A DNA stretch of 64,000 nt from an uncultured virus (IMG/VR IMGVR_UViG_3300026511_000002) (Duplodnaviria; Heunggongvirae; Uroviricota; Caudoviricetes). The position numbers were made by a program, and so were the translations under genes. Each line of letters opens with the position of its first letter. Position 1 is the stretch's first letter. Below are positions 50,039 to 59,669 of the stretch, in pieces. The notes beneath the pieces were generated by a model. The model was not told where the DNA came from and did no database searches. It worked only from the letters and a program-made list of their open reading frames with translations. The stretch is taken from IMG/VR virus record IMGVR_UViG_3300026511_000002; one strand, written 5' to 3'.

Positions 50039-52336
50039 ATGTATAAATTAAAATCTTTTGATCAGTTTTCTACTGAATCACAAATCAATAGATCTAGACA
50101 AGTAGAAGAAGAAAACTCTACTAAAAGAAGTACTGAAGCAGAAACATATAAAAATTTACTTGGTGAATTTAAAGTTACTTCTATCAAAGAATTAACTGAA
50201 GAGCAAAGAATCGAATTTTTTACTAAGTTAAGAGGCGCTGAGATTAACGAAGCAACTGTTTTAATTGAAGAAGGAACTAGAGGACAAATTGGTAAAATCG
50301 ATAAAAAAGGAAATATCACTTCTGTATATATGCATTATGATTCATATCCTGAAAACATATTACCTATTATAACTTCAACTTTTAAAGATGGTAAAAATGT
50401 AGATTTTATTCTTAAGAATGGAGACAGTTCGGGTTTAGATAAAGATGTTAAGAAGATTAATTTCTACGGGAACTTTACAGCGTCTAAGGGTAAAGTTGCT
50501 AATATATCTAAATATCTAAGGGATGTTGCTGATGGCGGCGGTGCTGAATTCGTATACTTATGGGATGAAGCCAACAAAGAATGGTTAATGGCAGACATTT
50601 ACGGTAAAGGATATGATGATGTTTATCCAGCGTTTGAATCTTTAACTACTTCAGTAAATGAAGCTATTTCAGTTCAATATAAAAGAGACGCAAAAAAAGT
50701 TTTAACAGTTTATAAAAATTTATTTACTAAGAAACTAACAGATTTTGGTGCAATGGACAAAGTAGGTACATTAGGTTGTATTAAGTATCTTTTTGAAGAA
50801 GCGATGACAGATGCTAATTTCCACAGAGAGAAAGTTATATCTAAGAATATTAAAGGTAGAATAGGTTCATTTGAATTAAAAGTAGCAGGTTTAGGTAATC
50901 ACTTTTTAACAATAGGTGCTACTACTACAAAAAGAATTTTAGATAAACATTATAGTGACCTTGCAAATGCAGCTGGTTGGTCAGGAATCGGAATTGTTGA
51001 AGGTACTGCTCTTTATTTAGAGAGTATTAAAGAAGAAGCTTCAGGTCAAGCTTTATTAAATGCGTTTAACATGTTTGAGTCATTTGCGTATGACGAAGGA
51101 GATGCTATCAATGAGAAATCATATGATAAAAAGTCTTTAATGAAAGCTATGAAAGCAGATGATGGCATGATTCAATTAGGAAATGGACAAGAGTATGTTA
51201 TTTATGCATATGGTAATGGCAACGATAACAATGATGATATGTGGGGAGATAAAACAATCTTTGGATTAGATCAAGACGGAGAAGAACATGAGATTAAATA
51301 TTCTGACATTGTAAGTTATAATGAAGCTACTGTAGTAATGGATGCAATGGATCCTAAATCAAAGATACTTAAAAAACTTTTAAAGAAACATAACGTTAAA
51401 ATGAAAGTTTTAGATCCTAGTGGACCAAGTGGTTGGCCAGAGGTTGAAATGACAGGTTCAAGAGAAGATCTGCAAGCAGTTTTAGCATCTGAAGATGGTT
51501 GGGACGACGCTGGTCTAGAAGAATATATTGAAGAATCAGTAGTTACTGAATCACACCCAAAATGTTCAAATAAAAAAGGACATGCATACAAAGAAATTGA
51601 CAAAGACGGAACTGTAGAATGTGAATATTGTGGTTTAAGAAATTCATTAAGCGAATCAGGGGTTACTGAAGCTAAATTTGTTAAAGAGTTTGACGAGGCT
51701 GTTTTAAAAGCAACTACACAAGAAGAGGTTCTTGAAATTTATCCAAACGCAGAATTCTTTATTGGCAAATCAGATCATTTCTTTGGAGAGTTTGATGAAA
51801 ATTTATTCTTTAAAGCATATTATACCAAAGGACAAAAAGAATTTGAAATCAAGTCAATTTATTCTGAAAAAAACAGTAACTATGTTCACTTATATAATGA
51901 ATCAGTAGTTACTGAAGCTAAAGGCTTTAAAAACACAACAGATTTCGAAAAATTCTTAATAGAAATTGATGGAATGGGAGAAGCTCAAATTAAAAAGATA
52001 ATGGGTAAAGATTATATCGATACTCCTGGTTATTATCAAGATGAAAAAGATGATTATGATGATGTGGAAGATTTTATGAGATCTAATATGGGCACTTCAG
52101 AATTTGAAAAACTTGAATCATGGTGGGAAAGCAACGTTGCAGAATCAGTAGTTACTGAAGCTGAAGTTAATTCAGATGAAGAATTTGAAGAATATGCGGT
52201 AACTGTTTTACAAAAAGCATTTGGAGAAGATTTTGACGAAGCTAAATCTAAAAAAGTTATAGACGGTATTTTATCTAAAGCAGATGGAGATTATGGTACT
52301 GCAGTTGGTATGCTAACTAGCTCGTTAGGACAATAA
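50039..52336 (+). CDS. Putative packaged polyprotein of short modules separated by xxE protease-like sites
   Basis: LKSFDQF.TES start; INEA, VNEA, INEK, YNEA sites and four ES(V/G)VTE linkers. Confidence 0.6.
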   Translation: MYKLKSFDQFSTESQINRSRQVEEENSTKRSTEAETYKNLLGEFKVTSIKELTEEQRIEFFTKLRGAEINEATVLIEEGTRGQIGKIDKKGNITSVYMHYDSYPENILPIITSTFKDGKNVDFILKNGDSSGLDKDVKKINFYGNFTASKGKVANISKYLRDVADGGGAEFVYLWDEANKEWLMADIYGKGYDDVYPAFESLTTSVNEAISVQYKRDAKKVLTVYKNLFTKKLTDFGAMDKVGTLGCIKYLFEEAMTDANFHREKVISKNIKGRIGSFELKVAGLGNHFLTIGATTTKRILDKHYSDLANAAGWSGIGIVEGTALYLESIKEEASGQALLNAFNMFESFAYDEGDAINEKSYDKKSLMKAMKADDGMIQLGNGQEYVIYAYGNGNDNNDDMWGDKTIFGLDQDGEEHEIKYSDIVSYNEATVVMDAMDPKSKILKKLLKKHNVKMKVLDPSGPSGWPEVEMTGSREDLQAVLASEDGWDDAGLEEYIEESVVTESHPKCSNKKGHAYKEIDKDGTVECEYCGLRNSLSESGVTEAKFVKEFDEAVLKATTQEEVLEIYPNAEFFIGKSDHFFGEFDENLFFKAYYTKGQKEFEIKSIYSEKNSNYVHLYNESVVTEAKGFKNTTDFEKFLIEIDGMGEAQIKKIMGKDYIDTPGYYQDEKDDYDDVEDFMRSNMGTSEFEKLESWWESNVAESVVTEAEVNSDEEFEEYAVTVLQKAFGEDFDEAKSKKVIDGILSKADGDYGTAVGMLTSSLGQ
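51533..52162 (+). repeat. Dispersed in-frame repeat GAATCAG(TA/GG)GTTACTGAA(GCT) x4
   Basis: Copies at 51533, 51653, 51899 and 52142, all in frame, with unrelated sequence in between. Confidence 0.9.
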
Positions 52337-52356
52337 TAAAATAAGATAAATACCTT

Positions 52357-53631
52357 ATGAAGATCTTTACTAATTTCAATGAATTTATAACTGAGAGTGT
52401 ACGTACTAGTACAACTGAGTCCCTTATTTTAGAAGGTGGAGCAGCGGGCCATATGTCACATCCATTTGATGAAAAAGATTTAACATTCGGTGACTTTAAA
52501 AAAATTGTTGAAGCTGGTCTTCAAGGAGAATTAAACTTTGAAGAGGTTGCAACAGAAAAAACAGACGGCCAAAATTTATTTGCCACCGTAAGAAACGGAG
52601 TTACTCTATTTTCTAGAAATAAAGGCCAATTAATTAGCCCAGTCGATTTAGCCGGTATTATAAAAATGTTTGAACAGCATGAAGTTCCCTTAGTAAGAGA
52701 AACATACGTGTTTGCTGCTAAAGACCTAAATGAAGCTCTTCCAAAGATGAAGGATCAGTCTATATTTAATGAAGGTAAGAACTTTATTAATATGGAATTA
52801 ATTTACTCTAAGAATCCTAATGTTATTTATTATGAAAGAGATGTTTTACAATTCCATGATATTAAGGAAACTGATGGAAATGGAAATATTATTGGAGAGC
52901 AAAAAATAGCAGGAGAGCTGGTTTCCGCATTAAAAGAAGTTGATGCTGATGTTCAAAAAACATTTACAATAATTCCCCCTCAAATATTAAAATTAGGAAA
53001 AGATATTGATTTCGAAAAAAATCAATCTAAATTCATCAAAAAGATTGAAGCACTAAGAGATCGTTATGGTTTATTAGATACTGATTCAGTTTCAAGATAT
53101 CACGAAATGTGGTGGAGAGAAACTATAGATAGAAACTTTCCAGATACAGAACAAGATTATAAAGAAGGTTTATTATTAAGATGGGCTTATGGTGATAAGA
53201 AGACTTTAAACATGAGATCTTTAGACAAATCGTTAGGTAAAGATAAAGCATCTCTTATTAAGAAATTTGACAAAGAAGATGTTAAAAAGAAATATAAAGA
53301 AAACATTAGACCGTTTGAAGATTTATTCTTAGAACTAGGATCTATAATTCTTAAAAATGCTTCTAATTTTGTAGCAGCAAATCCAGACAAGGAAATGCAA
53401 AGATTACATAATCAAATAAGAACAGAAGCTGAAGCTATTAAAAAAACCGGAGGTGAAGCTCAAATTGCAAGAGTAGAAGCTGAACTTGCCAGATTAGATA
53501 GAATTGGAGGAATAGAATCTATTATACCAACTGAAGGAATAGTTTTTGTGTACAAAGGAAAAACAATGAAATTAACAGGTACGTTTGCAGCCATTAATCA
53601 ATTAATGGGTATCATAAAATACGGAAGATAA
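52357..53631 (+). CDS. ATP-dependent ligase-fold nucleotidyltransferase (resembles DUF6267-type T4-like phage proteins)
   Basis: Motif I TEKTDG, NMELIY, LQFHD, EGIVF, MKLTG; N-terminal FTNFNEFITES...LILE|GGAAGHMSHPFD. Confidence 0.6.
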   Translation: MKIFTNFNEFITESVRTSTTESLILEGGAAGHMSHPFDEKDLTFGDFKKIVEAGLQGELNFEEVATEKTDGQNLFATVRNGVTLFSRNKGQLISPVDLAGIIKMFEQHEVPLVRETYVFAAKDLNEALPKMKDQSIFNEGKNFINMELIYSKNPNVIYYERDVLQFHDIKETDGNGNIIGEQKIAGELVSALKEVDADVQKTFTIIPPQILKLGKDIDFEKNQSKFIKKIEALRDRYGLLDTDSVSRYHEMWWRETIDRNFPDTEQDYKEGLLLRWAYGDKKTLNMRSLDKSLGKDKASLIKKFDKEDVKKKYKENIRPFEDLFLELGSIILKNASNFVAANPDKEMQRLHNQIRTEAEAIKKTGGEAQIARVEAELARLDRIGGIESIIPTEGIVFVYKGKTMKLTGTFAAINQLMGIIKYGR

Positions 53632-55478
53632 TGGCATTACAAAATTTAAGAACATATTTTCAATCAACTAACATTAATGACTTTAATTCAATGTTGAAAT
53701 TAACATGTGTTGTATCGGAAAAAATACAAGCATCTTCGTTTCATGTTAAAAGTACTAGTACCGGTTATGAATATTTTAAAAGCGGTTCTAAACATAAAAT
53801 GGATAAAGTAGATAGAACTATGGTAAGATACTATGAAAATGGTATTAATTACTTTAAGGCTATTCCTAAAGATGTAAAAGAAGATATGCCACATGATTGG
53901 AAATTCGGATTTGACTACATGATAGACAACAAAACAGTAGATATCGAATACGAAAGTCTTCCTAAAAACCATCTAATACTAACACACATACAAATATTAA
54001 ATCCTAAAAACCCTACACAAATTAAAAAAGTTATTAGAGATCCACAGATCTTAAATAAGTGGGCAGAATTATTAGGGGTACAAAAACCACCTGTTATATT
54101 TCAAGGAGTTTTACAATCAAATCAAAAAGATGACTTAATTAGATTACTAGAACTTTCTGATTCTGATTTTAAAATCAAATTCAAAGATCAATCTTTTACA
54201 AGAGCCATATTTAATATATTCAACATAGGTCTTAATAATCCAACTTTAAATTCTAATTTAGATAATGACATAGACGGTTTAATAGTAAACTTCTATGAAG
54301 GTAAAAATCCAAAAAGTTTTAAACTTGAAAGATTTGACAGAAAGGATATTCAAAAAAGAGAGCCATCTGACATGTATCAGATCGCTATATTAGATTTAGT
54401 AGAGTATATTACAGAGTTTAATCTTGAAGAAATTTCTTTAGAATCAGAAGATTCAGCAGAAAGATATATTGAATTAATTTCACACATCTTCAATGCATAC
54501 ATTGAAAAGAATGCTTCTAAATATGTAGGAGCTAGCTTTAATTCTGCAGATTTTTCAGAAAACAAAGGTTTTAAATTAAACCCAGCCTTTATCACAAATG
54601 AAAAAACACTATCATTAATACAAAATAAAGTTTTATCAGAATTGTATAAAATAGCTTTAGGTAGTTTTAGAAAAAAGAGAAACAAAGAAACAGATATTAT
54701 TAATAAAGATTTAATGTCACAGATCAATGAAATAGTTGATAGTATAGATGCAATAGTAATGGCAAAAACAAATGAAAATGATGTTCTTAATTTTAAATCA
54801 TATTTGTTAAATCAAAAATTACAATATAATGAATCTCCTGTTTTAGAAGCGTTAAAGGTAGATTATCCAGAACACGGTAAGAAATTAGTAAATATGTTTG
54901 TTGGTAGATTCCAGCCCTTTACATTGGGTCATGCTAAAGTAGTTGAAACTATTCATAAGCAAAATGGCCACCCGGTTGTAATCTTATTAGTAAAAGCCAA
55001 GAACAAGAAAAAAGAAGATGCATTTAAGAGACCTTATGATGAGGAAACTCAAGTTGAAATGATCAATAGATTAAAATCTAAATATCCAATTGAAGAAGTT
55101 TTCGTAATTCCAACAGGTGGTATTGACACTATGTTTAATGCAATGAGGCCAAAATATGAACCAGTATTATGGGGAACCGGAAGCGATAGAATGAAAACTT
55201 ATGGATTTCAAGTAGATAAACCAGAATATAGAGAAGATCTTGGTGTTAGAACTGATTTTGGACTTTATGAAATACCAAGAACTGGTAAGAATATATCAGC
55301 AACACAAGTAAGAAACGCAATGTTAGATGGCGATGAGAAGCTATTTAAGAAGCTAACACCTAAGCCAGTACATGATATGTATAATGAATTAAAATCTAAA
55401 CTGGAAGATTCTATGGGGGTTTTAGAAGAGGCTGAAATAGCAACATTAACATTCGATCAATTTATCAAGAATATATAA
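53631..55478 (+). CDS. Fusion: divergent RNA-ligase-like domain + HIGH-family nucleotidyltransferase (cytidylyltransferase/NMNAT-like)
   Basis: N-terminal SEKIQASSF, PPVIFQG, DGLIV; C-terminal FVGRFQPFTLGH, GTGSDR, ISATQVRNA. Confidence 0.7.
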   Translation: MALQNLRTYFQSTNINDFNSMLKLTCVVSEKIQASSFHVKSTSTGYEYFKSGSKHKMDKVDRTMVRYYENGINYFKAIPKDVKEDMPHDWKFGFDYMIDNKTVDIEYESLPKNHLILTHIQILNPKNPTQIKKVIRDPQILNKWAELLGVQKPPVIFQGVLQSNQKDDLIRLLELSDSDFKIKFKDQSFTRAIFNIFNIGLNNPTLNSNLDNDIDGLIVNFYEGKNPKSFKLERFDRKDIQKREPSDMYQIAILDLVEYITEFNLEEISLESEDSAERYIELISHIFNAYIEKNASKYVGASFNSADFSENKGFKLNPAFITNEKTLSLIQNKVLSELYKIALGSFRKKRNKETDIINKDLMSQINEIVDSIDAIVMAKTNENDVLNFKSYLLNQKLQYNESPVLEALKVDYPEHGKKLVNMFVGRFQPFTLGHAKVVETIHKQNGHPVVILLVKAKNKKKEDAFKRPYDEETQVEMINRLKSKYPIEEVFVIPTGGIDTMFNAMRPKYEPVLWGTGSDRMKTYGFQVDKPEYREDLGVRTDFGLYEIPRTGKNISATQVRNAMLDGDEKLFKKLTPKPVHDMYNELKSKLEDSMGVLEEAEIATLTFDQFIKNI

Positions 55479-55500
55479 TAAAAAACAATAATATTATCAC

Positions 55501-57102
55501 ATGGATATTAACGAAGAACCATTAGAAGAAAGAAACATCACAGTTAAGAGAAAATATACTGAAAACCATCCTGCAAAAACTGTTGGTAAAGCAGCTAAAA
55601 TTAGAAATAAAGTATTAGAAGCTATTAAAGATGGTAAAATTTCCCAAGAAGAATTTAAAAGTATTGTTAAGGAAATGACAACTGATTCTACAAGATGGTT
55701 AAGAAGAAACACACCATATTTTAATGTAAGCGAAGATGGTATCTCTCTTTCTAAAACAGGTATGAGAATCTTAAAATCAATTACTCCATCAACAGAAGTT
55801 ACACTTAATGAAAAGGCAACTCCTTTTAAAATTGCAAATGCAATGGCAGAAGAAATGTTTGGAGAATTTGGAGTAGCAACTTTAGATTACGATGATTTAA
55901 CTAGAGTGATAGATATTAAAAAAGCAGATAAATTATCTAAAAAGTATGGAGAAAATAGTTTTATGTCATTAACTGAAATAGACATGGAAGAGCTTTTGAA
56001 TAAAAATCCAAAATTAGTAAAAGAAAATACATCAAATATAAAAATGGAAACACCAAAAAACAAAACAATATTTATTTATGAAAGCTTTAGTGAATTCGTA
56101 AATTCATTATCTAACGAATTAGTTACTGAAGCATTTGGTTCACAAAGACTTGCTGAGCTATTTAGAGGAAAATCTGGTAAATTAGACAAACACTTAGCAA
56201 GCGCATTTTATGGTTCTACTAAAGTAGCATTAGATAAAGTACAAGATGAAGATCTTATTACTACTGATCCACAAACCGCATATAAAGCAAAACAATCAAA
56301 TTCTATTATTTTCTATATTTCAGACAATGAAAAAGAAAATCCACATGCACCTTATGATGCATATCAAGGCAATAAAGTTATTCCAGGTGGAGGTTATTTA
56401 TTAGCTGTTACTTCTGGTGGTAATAAATTCTATGATCAAGTTTGGTCTTCATCTAGTAGATATGGCCGCTCAAAAAACAGGGATAGAAATCTTAAACAAG
56501 TAGATAATAACCCAACAGATTCAATAGGTATTGGTAAAAAATACAAAGGATGGGATGCAACTGGACTTTATAACGTAAAGAGAATTGCAGAAGTTGCGGA
56601 TAGAGCTATTGTCATTAATGTTGATTTATTACAACAAAAGTATTCAACTGTAAACAAAAGAAATGATAGACACGCTGCAAAATCAGGAGCTACAGCATTT
56701 AAATCACATGATGATTTTAAATCTGAAAACAAGAAAAGATACGAAACTATTTTAGCGAACAACGCAGCTAAATTACCACTAGATAAAATGGTCTCGGATG
56801 CAATTGACGAATTAACTGCACAAATTCAAAATGGATTAAAAAAAGGTGAGAAAACCAAATATGGTGAAATCATGATCGGAACAAACAAAAGAGGATCTGT
56901 TGTTAAATTAAGAGATGCTTCTAATCACATGTCAAATATATTAGATGACTATTCTAGATATTGTGATTATGTTAGACAAGGTGAAGAATCTAAAGAAAGA
57001 TATGGTTCAGCTGAGAGTTGGTACGAAAGAGAAACTAAAAACTACGCTAAGAATATCAAAGATAGAATTAATAAAATCAAAACCTTCGATTACGCTTGGT
57101 AA
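55501..57102 (+). CDS. Multi-module hypothetical protein; C-terminal module paralogous to 58608-59669
   Basis: Internal YESFSEFVN motif; LVTE|AFGSQ...TKVALDKVQDEDL...FYISDNEKENP...FDYAW. Confidence 0.7.
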   Translation: MDINEEPLEERNITVKRKYTENHPAKTVGKAAKIRNKVLEAIKDGKISQEEFKSIVKEMTTDSTRWLRRNTPYFNVSEDGISLSKTGMRILKSITPSTEVTLNEKATPFKIANAMAEEMFGEFGVATLDYDDLTRVIDIKKADKLSKKYGENSFMSLTEIDMEELLNKNPKLVKENTSNIKMETPKNKTIFIYESFSEFVNSLSNELVTEAFGSQRLAELFRGKSGKLDKHLASAFYGSTKVALDKVQDEDLITTDPQTAYKAKQSNSIIFYISDNEKENPHAPYDAYQGNKVIPGGGYLLAVTSGGNKFYDQVWSSSSRYGRSKNRDRNLKQVDNNPTDSIGIGKKYKGWDATGLYNVKRIAEVADRAIVINVDLLQQKYSTVNKRNDRHAAKSGATAFKSHDDFKSENKKRYETILANNAAKLPLDKMVSDAIDELTAQIQNGLKKGEKTKYGEIMIGTNKRGSVVKLRDASNHMSNILDDYSRYCDYVRQGEESKERYGSAESWYERETKNYAKNIKDRINKIKTFDYAW

Positions 57103-57122
57103 TCAAAAAAACATTTATAAAA

Positions 57123-57440
57123 ATGAAACGCATACCAACATTTGAGTCATTTGTAAATGAGTATTCTACAATCGTAGAAACTACGAAAATGCTCAAGGCC
57201 TTAAAGAAGGTAGTAAAGAAAGCAGATTCTTTTGAAGAAATCGGTGAAGAACTAGAAGATCTTGACTATAAAAAAGAATATCAATGGGAATTAGTTAAAG
57301 ACGGTTCATATCCAGTATATGTGATTACGTATTTATCAGGTACTCGCCATGGTATAGCAGATCCAAAATTCTGGGAAAATAGTGCAGACATTGAAGAGAC
57401 TATTGGTGATGTGGCTATTGGCTGGATCCTGACTAAATAA
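57123..57440 (+). CDS. Putative internal head protein
   Basis: Starts MKRIPTFESFVNE. Confidence 0.6.
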   Translation: MKRIPTFESFVNEYSTIVETTKMLKALKKVVKKADSFEEIGEELEDLDYKKEYQWELVKDGSYPVYVITYLSGTRHGIADPKFWENSADIEETIGDVAIGWILTK

Positions 57441-57470
57441 CTCTAACTAAAAATAAAAACATTTATAAAA

Positions 57471-58127
57471 ATGAAACATATTAAATTACTTGAATCTTTT
57501 TTAAATGAATCAATTTCTTTTAATAAAAAAGGAATTAAAGTTAAACTAGAAGACAAACTTAGACTTGCCAAAATAGCAGTAGAAAAATGGGGAGATTCAT
57601 ATAGCGGAGTTTTAAACGACGTTGAATCTATTTTAAAATCAGGCAAATTACCAAGTTATAAAGAACCATTAATGGTACAAGGTGATACTGCAAAAGATTC
57701 TTACGATATATTTCAAGGAAGAAATGCTGTAAAACTTGCAGAAGCTATTTCTAAAGTAATTAAGAAATATAAGAAATATGAAATTGAACAATCTTCAGTT
57801 CCTGCAGCAGGTGGATGGTCAGGTACAATGAGATCTACTGTTGGCGGCAAAATTGAAGGAAGAGCAAACTTTAATCCAGGAGGTAGAAGAACATTTTTAA
57901 TCGCAGTTACATGTGGCGGTGGAATTGACTCAAAGGTTAAAGATAAAATGTTTCAAGAAATTTACGAATTAATGTTTGTATTAGATGAATATAATTCATC
58001 AGACGGCGGAATTATGTTTGATCATTCATCAGGTACTAATTATAGTACAATTGGATTAGCAAACTCAAGCTATTCTTTTAATAATGGAACAGCTAACAGT
58101 TTAATAGATATAATGAACAATCACTAA
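57471..58127 (+). CDS. Putative internal head protein
   Basis: Starts MKHIKLLESFLNES. Confidence 0.65.
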   Translation: MKHIKLLESFLNESISFNKKGIKVKLEDKLRLAKIAVEKWGDSYSGVLNDVESILKSGKLPSYKEPLMVQGDTAKDSYDIFQGRNAVKLAEAISKVIKKYKKYEIEQSSVPAAGGWSGTMRSTVGGKIEGRANFNPGGRRTFLIAVTCGGGIDSKVKDKMFQEIYELMFVLDEYNSSDGGIMFDHSSGTNYSTIGLANSSYSFNNGTANSLIDIMNNH

Positions 58128-58128
58128 A

Positions 58129-58572
58129 ATGAAGCACGTAAAGTTATTTAAACAATATATTAATGAGAAAATAGAATATTCATATTCTACGGTTAATGGT
58201 AAAAAGATAGAATCTTCATGGTCAGGTAGTGCAGATTCCCTTAAAGATTTTATCAAACTAATAAAAGGGATACCTGAAACTTTACAATCTATTAAAGTTC
58301 AAACTGGAACTAGTTCTTTTAATCCAGAATCAACAGAAATCAATGGACCATTTAATTCTTCTAAAATAAATAAAATAATTAAATTAGTCAAAGACGCAGA
58401 TAAATCATTTGGTAAACAAGATGAAAAAATACACACGTATTTGTTATCGTCTTATTATGGAGCAGGTGGTAAAAACCACAACTCTGATCCTGCATATATT
58501 TCATATAGAACTGAACGTAGTGATAATTTTGGAAAAGCAATGTCATCAGGAAAGCACGGATCATTAGATTGA
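58129..58572 (+). CDS. Putative internal head protein
   Basis: Starts MKHVKLFKQYINEK. Confidence 0.65.
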   Translation: MKHVKLFKQYINEKIEYSYSTVNGKKIESSWSGSADSLKDFIKLIKGIPETLQSIKVQTGTSSFNPESTEINGPFNSSKINKIIKLVKDADKSFGKQDEKIHTYLLSSYYGAGGKNHNSDPAYISYRTERSDNFGKAMSSGKHGSLD

Positions 58573-58607
58573 TTTTAAAGATATATAATAAAAACAAAAC
58601 AATTAAA

Positions 58608-59669
58608 ATGGCAAAAATGAAACACGTAAAATTGTTTGAAGCATTTGTAGCTTCACAGAAATTAAACGAGGCATTTAGCTCACAAATACTTAGAGATTTA
58701 TTCAACGGAGGTGGTGTACACAGTACGTTGCCTAAAGCAGTATATGGTAAAACTAAAATAGCACTAGATAAAATACAAGATGATGATTTAATTGTAACAA
58801 CACCAAAGGACGCGTATGACGCTAAAGGTAAAAACACAATTACTTTCTACATTTCTGATAACGAAAAGGTTAACCCATACGCAGATCCCGAGTCATCGAA
58901 AAGCGATCAAATTATCCCAGGAAATGAATACGTGCTGTGTGTTGCTGATGAAAATAATAAATTCTTTATCGATAGAAGTTTATCTTACAAAGATCTTCCT
59001 AAACACCAAAGAATGTCAGGAAAATATCTTAGTCCTAGGAGTTTAGCAACAGATAAGAAAAGAGGCGAAGAAACTATAGGTATTAATAAGACAAATAAAG
59101 GATATCAAGGAACTGGTCTTATTAGTGTAAAAAGAATCGTAGATGTTGCAGATAGAGCTGTTATCATTGATGTTGATTCATTACAGCAAAGATATTCGAC
59201 AATAGACAAGATAGAACAGAGAGATTCTGAAAAAGTTGGAGCCATTGCATATAAAAACGATAGAGACTTTAAATCTGAGAACTTAAAAAGATATGAAGAC
59301 ATTTTACAGGCCGGTGCTACTAAACTTCCTTTAGGTAAAATGGTTAAGGATGCTATTGATGATTTAACTGAGCAAATTAAAGATGGTATAAAAGAATTTG
59401 GAAAGGTAGGAAAGGATGATAATGTTACTATAGGTAGTGCATCAAACGGCAAAGAAGTGACAATTTCACATGCATCTAGTCATATGTCAAGAATTCTTAG
59501 TATTTTCAGAAAGTACCAATATAGTATTGACGGTCAAAAAAAATCAAAAGATAAATATGGAGATGCACCAACATGGTATGATGAGGATATCTTGAAACAT
59601 GCACACGAACTTAAGATTGAAATACAAAGGATAGAAGATTTCGATTATGCATACCGATATGGGTATTAG
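58608..59669 (+). CDS. Putative internal head protein, paralog of the 55501 C-terminal module
   Basis: MAKMKHVKLFEAFVASQKLNE|AFSSQ...; start at 58608 lies downstream of GATATATAA. Confidence 0.7.
   Translation: MAKMKHVKLFEAFVASQKLNEAFSSQILRDLFNGGGVHSTLPKAVYGKTKIALDKIQDDDLIVTTPKDAYDAKGKNTITFYISDNEKVNPYADPESSKSDQIIPGNEYVLCVADENNKFFIDRSLSYKDLPKHQRMSGKYLSPRSLATDKKRGEETIGINKTNKGYQGTGLISVKRIVDVADRAVIIDVDSLQQRYSTIDKIEQRDSEKVGAIAYKNDRDFKSENLKRYEDILQAGATKLPLGKMVKDAIDDLTEQIKDGIKEFGKVGKDDNVTIGSASNGKEVTISHASSHMSRILSIFRKYQYSIDGQKKSKDKYGDAPTWYDEDILKHAHELKIEIQRIEDFDYAYRYGY

Noticed and set aside
51533..52162. ESVVTE repeats as a CRISPR array
   Set aside because: Repeats are only 18-21 bp and in frame within a long ORF, spacers are 100-230 bp and unequal, and no cas genes are present.
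55501..59669. Diversity-generating retroelement template/variable repeat pair
   Set aside because: Paralogues differ at all base types over about 1 kb, and no reverse transcriptase is in the window.
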